Positions 37,935-46,895 of a stretch of 64,000 nucleotides of DNA are shown piece after piece; the stretch's first letter is position 1; each line of letters starts with the position of its first letter. The stretch is from an uncultured Bacteroidaceae bacterium (GTDB lineage: Bacteria; Bacteroidota; Bacteroidia; Bacteroidales; GCA-2748055), in assembly GCA_964572225.1 (NCBI GenBank), contig CAZNFR010000003.1, forward strand, positions 326 to 64,325, written 5' to 3'. Both the position numbers and the translations under genes were made by a program. A model generated the notes under the pieces. It was not told the origin of the DNA, searched no databases, and saw nothing but the letters and a program-made list of their open reading frames with translations.

Positions 37935-40265
37935 ATGGAAGCTCTTAATGTAATGCAGGTAAACACCGTAAATGCGACGACCAGTTCATTCTGGTTCATC
38001 CCGTTTGCCTCTGTTCTTGCACTTATTTTTGCCTGGATCTTCTTCAAAGCATTGATGAGGAATTCAGAAGGAAATGACAGAATGATTGAAATTGCCAGGT
38101 ATGTCCGCGAAGGAGCAATGGCTTACCTTAACCGCCAATACCGGGTTGTGGCCATCGTTTTCCTTGTTCTTCTGATTCTGCTTACCATCCTGGCTTATTT
38201 TAAAATTCAGAACCCTTTTGTTCCAATCGCCTTTCTGACCGGTGGTTTCTTTTCAGGTTTGTGCGGTTACCTTGGGATGAGAACGGCTACCTATGCCAGC
38301 GCACGTACCGCTCACGGTGCTTCTCAGTCACTCAACAAAGGACTTCAGATTGCCTTCAGAAGTGGTGCGGTAATGGGGCTGGTTGTGGTTGGATTTGCTC
38401 TTCTTGACATTTCCTTGTGGTATATTATCCTAACCAAGCTGGTTTATACTCCCGATCATATGGTGAACGGACTGTCTTTCCTCGGACTCGATTTCGTTCA
38501 TGAGGGCACCACTCAGCATGAAAAAATGGTTGAGATTACAGCCACCATGCTTACCTTCGGTATGGGAGCGTCTACCCAGGCTCTCTTTGCCCGTGTTGGA
38601 GGAGGTATCTACACCAAAGCTGCCGATGTCGGAGCAGATCTCGTAGGTAAGGTTGAAGCAGGAATCCCCGAAGACGATCCGAGAAATCCGGCCACAATTG
38701 CCGATAACGTGGGAGATAATGTGGGCGATGTGGCAGGTATGGGTGCCGATCTTTATGAATCCTATGCCGGTTCCATTTTAGCTACCGCAGCCCTGGGAGC
38801 TGCTCTTCCCGGACTTGCCGGAGAGGAACAGATCACCAAAATAGTTGCTCCAATGATGATCGCAGGTATCGGAATTATCTTTTCCATCCTTGGAATTTTC
38901 ATGGTTCGTGCCAAAGAATCCGCCACACAGAAAAACCTTCTGAATGCCCTCCTTCTTGGAACCGGGGGTAGTTCTGTACTTATCCTCGGTGCCATGGCAG
39001 TCATGGCTTATATCGATTGGATTTCCTGGGGAGTATTTGGATCTGTGGTTGCCGGGTTGGTTGCCGGAGTTGTGATTGGCCAGGCTACCGAATATTTTAC
39101 TTCAGATGAATACAAACCCACCAAAGGAATTGCAGGTCAGGCACAACAGGGTCCTGCAACAACCATTATTGACGGTATGGCCGTCGGTATGTTCTCAACC
39201 TGGATCCCTGTGGTAACCATCACCCTGGGTATTATCGTCGCATTCTGGTCGGCTGGCGGTTTCACCAATTTTGCCAGCGGAGTTTACGGAATCGGATTCG
39301 CGGCCGTGGGTATGCTTTCAACCCTGGGTATTACTCTTGCTACCGATGCCTTTGGACCTATTGCAGACAACGCAGGTGGAAATGCGGAAATGTCTGAACT
39401 TCCTCCCGAAGTCAGAGAAAGAACCGATGCACTCGACATGCTGGGTAATACTACCGCAGCTACGGGTAAAGGATTTGCCATTGGTTCTGCAGCTCTTACC
39501 GCCATGGCCTTATTGGCAGCCTATATGGAAGAAGTAAAACTTTGGATAGGGAAGATTGCCGATACTGCCGGGGAAGGCATCAAGCAAGTGGGTGATGTTA
39601 TCTTCTATACCGGTGCCGAAGCTCCTATGGTTGCCGAAGGCCAGAAGGCAGTAGCCGTAGCCGGTGCACATATTCAGGATTTCGTAGATGCGTATAACCT
39701 CTCCATTTTCAATCCAATGCTTTTGGGTGGGATCTTCATGGGATCTATGATGGCCTTTGTATTCTGCGCCATGACCATGAAAGCTGTGGGCCGCGCTGCA
39801 GGTGCCATGGTTGACGAGGTTAGAAGACAATTCAGGGAAATGCCCGGCATCATGAAAGGAGAACAAACTCCGGAATATGCAAAATGCGTGGAAATTTCAA
39901 CCAAGGGTGCACAAAAAGAAATGGTGGTGCCCTCCATAATTGCCATCGTTGTTCCCATTCTCATCGGGGTCATCCTGGGTGTTGCAGGTGTTGTCGGACT
40001 GCTTGCAGGCGGACTAACCACCGGATTCACCCTGGCGGTAATGCTCAACAATGCAGGTGGAGCATGGGATAATGCCAAGAAATACATTGAAAAAGGAAAC
40101 TACGGCGGAAAAGGAAGTGAAGCCCATAAGGCTAGCGTGGTTGGAGATACCGTAGGGGATCCTTTCAAGGATACCTCAGGCCCTTCCCTCAACATTCTTA
40201 TCAAACTTATGACCATGGTTTCTGTGGTAATGACCGGTTTAACGGTTGCAACCGCGGTTCTGTAA
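37935..40265 (+). CDS. hppA: Membrane-integral pyrophosphatase (ion-translocating, K+-dependent subtype signature)
   Basis: 776 aa and polytopic. The motifs are DNVGDNVGDVAGMGADLYESY, GNTTAATGKGFAIGSAAL (Ala rather than Lys in GNTT-A/K-A) and DTVGDPFKDTSGPSLN. Confidence 0.95.
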   Translation: MEALNVMQVNTVNATTSSFWFIPFASVLALIFAWIFFKALMRNSEGNDRMIEIARYVREGAMAYLNRQYRVVAIVFLVLLILLTILAYFKIQNPFVPIAFLTGGFFSGLCGYLGMRTATYASARTAHGASQSLNKGLQIAFRSGAVMGLVVVGFALLDISLWYIILTKLVYTPDHMVNGLSFLGLDFVHEGTTQHEKMVEITATMLTFGMGASTQALFARVGGGIYTKAADVGADLVGKVEAGIPEDDPRNPATIADNVGDNVGDVAGMGADLYESYAGSILATAALGAALPGLAGEEQITKIVAPMMIAGIGIIFSILGIFMVRAKESATQKNLLNALLLGTGGSSVLILGAMAVMAYIDWISWGVFGSVVAGLVAGVVIGQATEYFTSDEYKPTKGIAGQAQQGPATTIIDGMAVGMFSTWIPVVTITLGIIVAFWSAGGFTNFASGVYGIGFAAVGMLSTLGITLATDAFGPIADNAGGNAEMSELPPEVRERTDALDMLGNTTAATGKGFAIGSAALTAMALLAAYMEEVKLWIGKIADTAGEGIKQVGDVIFYTGAEAPMVAEGQKAVAVAGAHIQDFVDAYNLSIFNPMLLGGIFMGSMMAFVFCAMTMKAVGRAAGAMVDEVRRQFREMPGIMKGEQTPEYAKCVEISTKGAQKEMVVPSIIAIVVPILIGVILGVAGVVGLLAGGLTTGFTLAVMLNNAGGAWDNAKKYIEKGNYGGKGSEAHKASVVGDTVGDPFKDTSGPSLNILIKLMTMVSVVMTGLTVATAVL

Positions 40266-40283
40266 AATATAACTGATTAACTG

Positions 40284-40313
40284 AAAAGGGATCCTGACAG
40301 GTTCCCTTTTTTT
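40284..40313 (+). terminator. Rho-independent terminator after hppA (possibly bidirectional)
   Basis: AAAAGGGAtcctgacaggtTCCCTTTTTTT. An A-run lies on the left side and the T-run overlaps the stop codon of the convergent gene. Confidence 0.7.
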
Positions 40314-40980
40314 ATTTACCCTTACCTCCGATCAGATAGTAAAGCGAATAATTGAATCCAAATGCCGTAGGAGTTTTCCCTTTACCAAATCCGGGGGTAT
40401 AAAGAGGAGCTATATTGAAATAATCGGAAGTATAGATTCTGAGCCTGCCTCTCAGGCTGAATCCTATAAAAAAATTGCTGAACAATTCCACCCTCAACCC
40501 TGCCACAGCCTCCAGCCAATGCGTATTTACTGCAGACTTACCATAAGAATCTGCATATTCCCCCCAGTATCCATGAGGAATACTGAAACTGCCAATCTCG
40601 GTATCATAGAGTGCCACCGAATACCGCAATCCCAGGTACATCATATCATTTACACTATAGATCCCGGTATTCAGAATGTTATAATCCAGTCCGCCTCGCA
40701 GGTAAAACCCCCTGGATGTATAATCTATCCGGTTTGCCGAGGGACCATAGGAGGTCCATCCTCCCTCAATAACCGGATAATAATCATCCCTTATTCGGAT
40801 ATCTGCAGAAAACTCAAAATTAACCCTTTCAGGTTCAAAATAATACAGGGCCAGATTGGAAATGTCATATCCGAAACGTATTCCCACGGGTGACCCTTCC
40901 TGCGCCGAAAGGGACCGGGGCAAGCCCGGAAGGAGGAATAAGCTAAAGAAAAATGCGTATATGTTCCGTTTCAATTTCAT
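40312..40980 (-). CDS. Hypothetical outer-membrane beta-barrel protein
   Basis: The start was moved to the ATG at 40980, giving MKLKRNIYAFFFSLFLLPGLPRSLSAQ (signal peptide). The sequence is rich in alternating aromatic/Gly beta-strand patterns. Its 5' end overlaps the upstream lipoprotein gene by 38 nt. Confidence 0.55.
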   Translation of the reverse strand: MKLKRNIYAFFFSLFLLPGLPRSLSAQEGSPVGIRFGYDISNLALYYFEPERVNFEFSADIRIRDDYYPVIEGGWTSYGPSANRIDYTSRGFYLRGGLDYNILNTGIYSVNDMMYLGLRYSVALYDTEIGSFSIPHGYWGEYADSYGKSAVNTHWLEAVAGLRVELFSNFFIGFSLRGRLRIYTSDYFNIAPLYTPGFGKGKTPTAFGFNYSLYYLIGGKGK

Positions 40981-41407
40981 TGACCTCTTCTTCTGTGATT
41001 TCAAGGGAATCAGAGACTACCTGCGGTAATTCCGCTTTGAGTATCCTATACTTCATCGCCAGTCCGCACTCATCGGAAATAAACTCAGGGATCCTTTCGT
41101 ATATAACCGAAAATTCGGCCTGTGTTTCGTTCAGAATAACCACAAATCTGCTGGTGTCACTTCCAGGATCCAGAGGGATCACCATAGACTGTACATTTCG
41201 TCTTCCATCAATAATCAGGCTATCTTCCCTACCCACTCCATATACATTCAAAGAATCCAAGATGCTGTCCCTGACTACTCCGTTTCTCAAAGTGTAAAAC
41301 CCTACCTCAAAATGAACTTTCCTTTCATTTTCACAGTCGTAAAGAATATCACATGCAAACCCGAAAACCAGGACGAATAGTGAGAATATAAGTATGGATC
41401 GCTTCAT
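40943..41407 (-). CDS. Hypothetical lipoprotein
   Basis: 154 aa with lipobox LVFGFAC. No family recognised. Confidence 0.5.
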   Translation of the reverse strand: MKRSILIFSLFVLVFGFACDILYDCENERKVHFEVGFYTLRNGVVRDSILDSLNVYGVGREDSLIIDGRRNVQSMVIPLDPGSDTSRFVVILNETQAEFSVIYERIPEFISDECGLAMKYRILKAELPQVVSDSLEITEEEVNEIETEHIRIFL

Positions 41408-41564
41408 TTGCTGTGATTATAAGAAAAGAATTTCACCAGTAAAGCTAATAATCTTCGAAATATTCATGGCAAATTTCGAAAAATATTATTCAGGATTTAA
41501 TCGGGTTTACTCCTCCGGTACTTTTGAAAAAAACTGGATTACCATGATCAGGTATACCCGGGGA

Positions 41565-42134
41565 TCAGAAAAGATCCTTCTCAACAAACTCAATAAGAAT
41601 ATGGATAATTTTGATGTGAATTTCCTGTATCCGGTCTGAAAAGCCATGATGACCGACCCGGATCTCCTGGTCTGCAAGTTCAGCCAGCAATCCCCCGTCC
41701 TTTCCCGTAAGAGCTACCACTCTCATTTCCCTTGCCCGGGCAAGTTTCACCGCATTGATCACATTGGCAGAGTTGCCGCTGGTGGAAATGGCCAGTACCG
41801 CATCCCCCGGATTTCCCAGGGCTTCAATAAATCGTGAAAAAATGGATTCGAAACCGTAATCATTGGCAGCACAGGTAATATGGCTCGCATCCGATATTGC
41901 TATGGCGGGCAGACCCGGACGATCATTCCTGAACCTTCCGGTCATTTCTTCCGCAAAGTGCATGGCATCACTCATAGATCCGCCGTTTCCGAAGGAAATA
42001 ATTTTATTTCCGTTCCGGATCACATCCGCAAAGATAGCCCCTGCATTTTCAATATTCCGGATGTTTTCCTCTTCTGAAATGAATTTTTTCAGCAGGTCAA
42101 ATGCTTCATTCAGGCTTTCTTTGACTAAGCTCAT
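41565..42134 (-). CDS. gmhA: SIS-domain phosphoheptose isomerase (GmhA/DiaA family)
   Basis: 189 aa with FGNGGSMSDAMHFAEE...AISTSGNSANV...LTGKDGG. Confidence 0.85.
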   Translation of the reverse strand: MSLVKESLNEAFDLLKKFISEEENIRNIENAGAIFADVIRNGNKIISFGNGGSMSDAMHFAEEMTGRFRNDRPGLPAIAISDASHITCAANDYGFESIFSRFIEALGNPGDAVLAISTSGNSANVINAVKLARAREMRVVALTGKDGGLLAELADQEIRVGHHGFSDRIQEIHIKIIHILIEFVEKDLF

Positions 42135-42215
42135 GGGATTGTCCGCAATACGGATATTTGGTTTGAAAGTCCAAAATTCCTTATTTTTATTTAATTCTGA
42201 AAGGAAAATAGAAAA

Positions 42216-43031
42216 ATGAATCGGGTTTTTTCCAAAAGGAAACTCTACAGCATTATCTTCAAGGCTAATTCACCTGCTGGAAAAGCATTTGATATTCTTT
42301 TGCTGGTGGTGATCATTTTAAGTGTGACCCTGGTGATCCTGGAAACCATTCCGAGCATTAACAGTAAATATCTAAGAACCTTGAAAATATTGGAATGGAT
42401 CATTACCGGCATATTTACACTTGAGTATTGTATACGAATAATGGTCTTGCAAAAATCCTCACGTTATATTTTCAGCTTTTACGGAATAATCGACTTTCTC
42501 GCCATCATCCCTACGTATATTTCTCTTTTCTTTACCGGTGCACAAGGACTGATGGTTATTAGAGGACTTCGGCTGTTGAGGGTTTTCAGGATACTGAAGC
42601 TCAGCCGTTACCTGGATGAAAGCAGGATTATCGTAGAAGCCCTGAAAGCGAGCAGAATAAAAATCAGTGTATTTATCTTTGCCATTATGATGATCATTAT
42701 CATTATTGGAACCCTCATGTACCTGGTGGAAGGGGAAGGTTCGGGATTCAACAGTATTCCTTCCGGCATTTACTGGGCCATTGTAACTCTCACAACCGTA
42801 GGATACGGGGATATAACCCCCTTGACCCCCCTGGGAAAATTCATTTCCGGAGTAGTTATGATCCTGGGTTACGCCATCATTGCTGTTCCAACCGGTATCG
42901 TAACGGCAGAACTTACCCGGAAGTACCGTACGGGCGGAAAAAATAAAATCTGTTCCGGCTGCGGGCTTGAATTTCATGAAACGGATGCTGTATTCTGCCG
43001 GAAATGTGGCTCGAAAATTGAGGATCTTTGA
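42216..43031 (+). CDS. Voltage-gated-type (6TM) K+ channel with a C-terminal zinc-ribbon
   Basis: The S4-like segment is RGLRLLRVFRILKLSRY, the selectivity filter is TLTTVGYGD, and the C-terminus is CSGCG...x12...CRKCG. Confidence 0.85.
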   Translation: MNRVFSKRKLYSIIFKANSPAGKAFDILLLVVIILSVTLVILETIPSINSKYLRTLKILEWIITGIFTLEYCIRIMVLQKSSRYIFSFYGIIDFLAIIPTYISLFFTGAQGLMVIRGLRLLRVFRILKLSRYLDESRIIVEALKASRIKISVFIFAIMMIIIIIGTLMYLVEGEGSGFNSIPSGIYWAIVTLTTVGYGDITPLTPLGKFISGVVMILGYAIIAVPTGIVTAELTRKYRTGGKNKICSGCGLEFHETDAVFCRKCGSKIEDL

Positions 43032-43116
43032 TCAACAAACAGAACAGGTCCAATGTTACTGATTTACATAAATTGTGGTTATTATCTATTAACTTTGGGG
43101 AATAAACGTGTAAGAG

Positions 43117-43398
43117 ATGAATGTACCAAGATTTTTTAAATTACCCAAGCACAGGCAGTTCAATTATCAACCAATCTATTATGACCCGGCAAAAGAGGAA
43201 AGGGAAAAAAGAAACCTGGAGATTGAAAGGGAACTGGGAATAAAAAAGGAAGGTGAGACCTATACCCCATCCTTAAGAAGAGGTACAATGCGGCACTATT
43301 TTCAGGCTCAAAAAAGATCCCGCAGGAACAGTAATCTTAGACTGATCCTGATCATGACCTTTCTCTTCTTTTTGGCCTACATGCTACTTTACCGATAA
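43117..43398 (+). CDS. Hypothetical small tail-anchored membrane protein
   Basis: 93 aa with a basic N-terminal region and a single C-terminal TM helix (LRLILIMTFLFFLAYMLLY). It ends 2 nt before mutL. Confidence 0.4.
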   Translation: MNVPRFFKLPKHRQFNYQPIYYDPAKEEREKRNLEIERELGIKKEGETYTPSLRRGTMRHYFQAQKRSRRNSNLRLILIMTFLFFLAYMLLYR

Positions 43399-43400
43399 AT

Positions 43401-45209
43401 ATGAACAGCATTATACATCTGTTACCCGACTCGGTTGCCAATCAGATTGCTGCAGGTGAAGTAATACAACGACCGGCCTCCGTGGTTAAGGAGCTGGTTG
43501 AAAATTCCGTGGATGCAGGCGCCGACGTCATTACAGTGAATATAAAAGATGCCGGAAAAACCCTCATTCAGGTAATCGACAATGGGAGAGGAATGTCTGA
43601 AACCGATGCACGTCTTTGCTGGGAAAGGCACGCAACCTCAAAGATCGTGGATGCAAATGATCTTTTTTCCATCAGGACCAAGGGTTTTCGGGGGGAAGCC
43701 CTAGCTTCCATCGCTGCCATTGCTGAGGTAGGTCTGAAAACCCGTGAAAAAGAAAGTGAACTGGGTACACAAATAAAAATTTCCGGTTCAGAGATCCTAA
43801 GTAATGAACCCGTATCCTGTCAGGAAGGCTGCAGCATCAGCGTAAAAAATCTTTTCTTTAATGTTCCGGCCCGGAGAAGGTTTCTGAAATCCAACTCTAC
43901 CGAACTGCGCCATATTATCAATGAATTCAACCACATTGCCCTTGCCCACCCTTCCGTGGAATTTGCTCTTATCCATAACAATTCCCAGATCTTCAGCCTC
44001 CCAAAAACCAACCGGAGGCAGCGTATCATTCATATTTTTGGAAAAAACTTTAATCAGAACCTGATCCCGGTTAATGCCGATACAACCCTCATTAGCATCG
44101 AAGGTTTTATTGGCAAACCCGAGTTCGCCAAAAAAAGTTACGGTGAACAGTTTTTCTTTGTAAACGACAGGTATATTCGCCACCCCTATTTTCACAAGGC
44201 AGTACTGCAATCCTACGATAAATTGCTTCCCTCCGACAGCATACCCTCCTATTTTATCTTTCTGGGAATTGATCCTTCCAAAATTGATATCAACATCCAT
44301 CCCACAAAAACGGAAATAAAATTCGAGGATGAAAGGGCCTTGTGGCAGATCCTTCATGCCGTGATCAAGGAAAGCATAGGCAAGCATAATCTTAGCCCTT
44401 CCCTCGATTTCGGGAATGAAGGGGTGGTTGATATTCCCGTGCTCCGGAGAAATACAGAGATCAACTCACCCGGAATAGAACTAAATCCGGACTTTAACCC
44501 CTTCGAAAATGCGAAACCCGATCGAAGCCGGGAATGGGAAAGGATCAGAAGCGAAAATGCAGGTAACTGGGAAAGCCTTTTTGGTCAGGGTCAAAGCAGA
44601 TCCAAAGATCCCGATAATAACATTGAAAATGGAAAGATACAGGAATTAAAGAGCCGTTACCTTCAGTTCAAAAACAAATACATATTGATTTCGGTGAAAT
44701 CCGGACTCATGGTGGTCGATCAGAAAAGAGCCCACGAAAGGGTGCTTTTTGAAAAATTGCTTTCCTCAGGCAAAAACAGGATCCCCGGGCAGACTATGCT
44801 GTTTCCCGAAACCATTGAACTAAACCCGGCCGATTTCGTTACCTTAAAAGAGATTCGGGAAGATATTAACCGGATGGGCTTCGATATCAGTGAATTTGGT
44901 AATCACTCTGTGATTGTAAACGCAGTTCCGGATACTGTCAAAAATTCCGATCTTTCTGCCACAATCGAGAAAATTCTGGAGGATTACCGGTCAACCAGTT
45001 CAGATGTTTCCATTTCAAAAAGGGAAAAACTGGCCATTTCACTGGCCGGGAATACAGCCATCGGGTATGGCAAGATTCTTGAACAAGAGGAAATGCGGGT
45101 GCTGATTGACCAGCTCTTTGCCTGTTCAAACCCGAATTACTCGCCCTCAGGCAAGCCGGTTTTGAATATAATTGAGACAGATGCAATTGAAAAATCATTT
45201 AAAAGATAA
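43401..45209 (+). CDS. mutL: DNA mismatch repair protein MutL
   Basis: IHLLPDSVANQIAAGEVIQRPASVVKELVENSVDAG...DNGRGM...GFRGEALASI is the GHKL N-terminus. A C-terminal dimerisation domain is present. Confidence 0.95.
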   Translation: MNSIIHLLPDSVANQIAAGEVIQRPASVVKELVENSVDAGADVITVNIKDAGKTLIQVIDNGRGMSETDARLCWERHATSKIVDANDLFSIRTKGFRGEALASIAAIAEVGLKTREKESELGTQIKISGSEILSNEPVSCQEGCSISVKNLFFNVPARRRFLKSNSTELRHIINEFNHIALAHPSVEFALIHNNSQIFSLPKTNRRQRIIHIFGKNFNQNLIPVNADTTLISIEGFIGKPEFAKKSYGEQFFFVNDRYIRHPYFHKAVLQSYDKLLPSDSIPSYFIFLGIDPSKIDINIHPTKTEIKFEDERALWQILHAVIKESIGKHNLSPSLDFGNEGVVDIPVLRRNTEINSPGIELNPDFNPFENAKPDRSREWERIRSENAGNWESLFGQGQSRSKDPDNNIENGKIQELKSRYLQFKNKYILISVKSGLMVVDQKRAHERVLFEKLLSSGKNRIPGQTMLFPETIELNPADFVTLKEIREDINRMGFDISEFGNHSVIVNAVPDTVKNSDLSATIEKILEDYRSTSSDVSISKREKLAISLAGNTAIGYGKILEQEEMRVLIDQLFACSNPNYSPSGKPVLNIIETDAIEKSFKR

Positions 45210-45216
45210 GTAAACC

Positions 45217-45948
45217 ATGTATTTTGGCAGAACAGGCGGAACCCCTCCGGTGGTTAAAAATCTCATCATCATTAATGCCTTGATGTTTCTTGCTCTTTTG
45301 GGTGTTAAGTCCGCTTTTAATATTGACCTTAACAGAGATCTGGGACTTTATTATTTCAAATCACCAAATTTTGAACCCTACCAGATAATAACCCATATGT
45401 TCATGCATGGGAGTATCGGACATATCTTCTTTAATATGTTCGCGTTATGGATGTTTGGGAAGGTTCTGGAATCGGTCTGGGGTCCGAGAAGGTTCTTTAT
45501 ATACTATATAATCACCGGACTCGGAGCCGCTTTGCTGCATATGTTCGTTATGCATCTTGAACTTTCCTCCCTGGTAGAAGAAGCTTCCAGGGTATACAAC
45601 ATCACCGAGTTCGATAACCAAACCCTTTTGCGGATGGCCAATAGCGGTGACCCCCTTGCCCAATCCGTTGGGAGGGGACTTATTACCCCCACCGTTGGAG
45701 CTTCCGGGGCAGTGTTCGGAGTGCTGCTTGCTTTTGGTATGCTTTTCCCAAATACACGACTAATGCTGCTCTTTCCTCCGATTCCCATCAAGGCCAAATA
45801 CTTCGTAATTGGTTACGGCTTGCTGGAGCTTTACCTCGGACTAACCAACTCGGGAGGAAATATTGCCCATTTTGCTCATCTGGGCGGGATGTTGTTTGGC
45901 TTCATTATGATCAAACTCTGGAGTAATGACAGGACCAAGTTTTATTAA
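45217..45948 (+). CDS. Rhomboid family intramembrane serine protease
   Basis: 243 aa with HMFMHGSIGHIFFNM, GASGAVFGVL (catalytic Ser) and AHLGGMLFG (catalytic His). Confidence 0.85.
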   Translation: MYFGRTGGTPPVVKNLIIINALMFLALLGVKSAFNIDLNRDLGLYYFKSPNFEPYQIITHMFMHGSIGHIFFNMFALWMFGKVLESVWGPRRFFIYYIITGLGAALLHMFVMHLELSSLVEEASRVYNITEFDNQTLLRMANSGDPLAQSVGRGLITPTVGASGAVFGVLLAFGMLFPNTRLMLLFPPIPIKAKYFVIGYGLLELYLGLTNSGGNIAHFAHLGGMLFGFIMIKLWSNDRTKFY

Positions 45949-45972
45949 CTTTATGGCAGGAAAAGTAGGAAT

Positions 45973-46851
45973 ATGAATATTGCAGATGAAATAAAAGCGT
46001 CCTTTAAAACCGGGAGTACACTAACGAAGCTTATCTACGTCAACCTGGGCGTTTTCGCCCTGATCCAGATCCTTGTGATCTTTTTTCATCTCTTTAATCA
46101 GCGGGAACTAATCGCCCCTATGGTCAGTTTTCTTGCCGTACCTACCAGTATATCCGCTCTGGCAGTGAAGCCCTGGACTATTTTTACCTACATGTTCACT
46201 CATAAAGATTTTTTTCATATTCTCTTTAATATTCTCTGGCTGTATTGGTTCGGGAGAGTATTTCTCTCCTATTTTAGTGAAAAACAATTGCTTAGCGTTT
46301 ATCTGTTAGGCGGACTCGCAGGTGCCGTTCTTTACATTGCCTCCTTTAATCTTTTCCCCGGACTAAAAGACCAATTGGACACCTCCATTGCCATTGGTGC
46401 ATCGGCCTCTGTAATGGCAGTGGTTATTGCAATTGCCTTCCTTGTTCCCGATTACAAGATGTATGTGATCCTGGTAGGTCCGGTTAAGATCATCTATATT
46501 GCACTTATAGGTTTTGTACTCTCCTCACTTCTCGACTTCACGGTAAATACCGGGGGCAAGATCGCCCACATTGGTGGAGCCCTGTTTGGCTACGCTTTCA
46601 CCTTGCGCTATAATAAAGGAAAGGACATTACCATGGGATTTTCAAGATTTATGGACAGAGTATTTTCTATCTTTAAGCCCAGAAAAAAAATGCGGGTAAC
46701 CCATAAGAAACCGGTCGACGATTATCAATACAATAAGAAAAAAGCCGAAAGCCAGAAAGAAGTAGACAGGATACTGGATAAAATTTCCCGAAAGGGTTAT
46801 GATAGTCTCACTGCAAAGGAAAAGGAACTATTATTTAAAATGGGAAAGTAA
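45973..46851 (+). CDS. Rhomboid family protein (second, tandem copy) with a basic C-terminal tail
   Basis: 292 aa with FTHKDFFHILFNI, GASASVMAV and AHIGGALFG. Confidence 0.8.
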   Translation: MNIADEIKASFKTGSTLTKLIYVNLGVFALIQILVIFFHLFNQRELIAPMVSFLAVPTSISALAVKPWTIFTYMFTHKDFFHILFNILWLYWFGRVFLSYFSEKQLLSVYLLGGLAGAVLYIASFNLFPGLKDQLDTSIAIGASASVMAVVIAIAFLVPDYKMYVILVGPVKIIYIALIGFVLSSLLDFTVNTGGKIAHIGGALFGYAFTLRYNKGKDITMGFSRFMDRVFSIFKPRKKMRVTHKKPVDDYQYNKKKAESQKEVDRILDKISRKGYDSLTAKEKELLFKMGK

Positions 46852-46895
46852 TTCGCGCCTGAGCTTATAATTTAACGGACATTGATTTTTTCAGA

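Noticed and set aside
42459-42977. A 172-aa minus-strand ORF.
   Set aside because: It is antisense to the K+ channel gene, which has an unmistakable TVGYGD filter and S4 segment.
43797-44387. A 196-aa minus-strand ORF.
   Set aside because: It is antisense to mutL.
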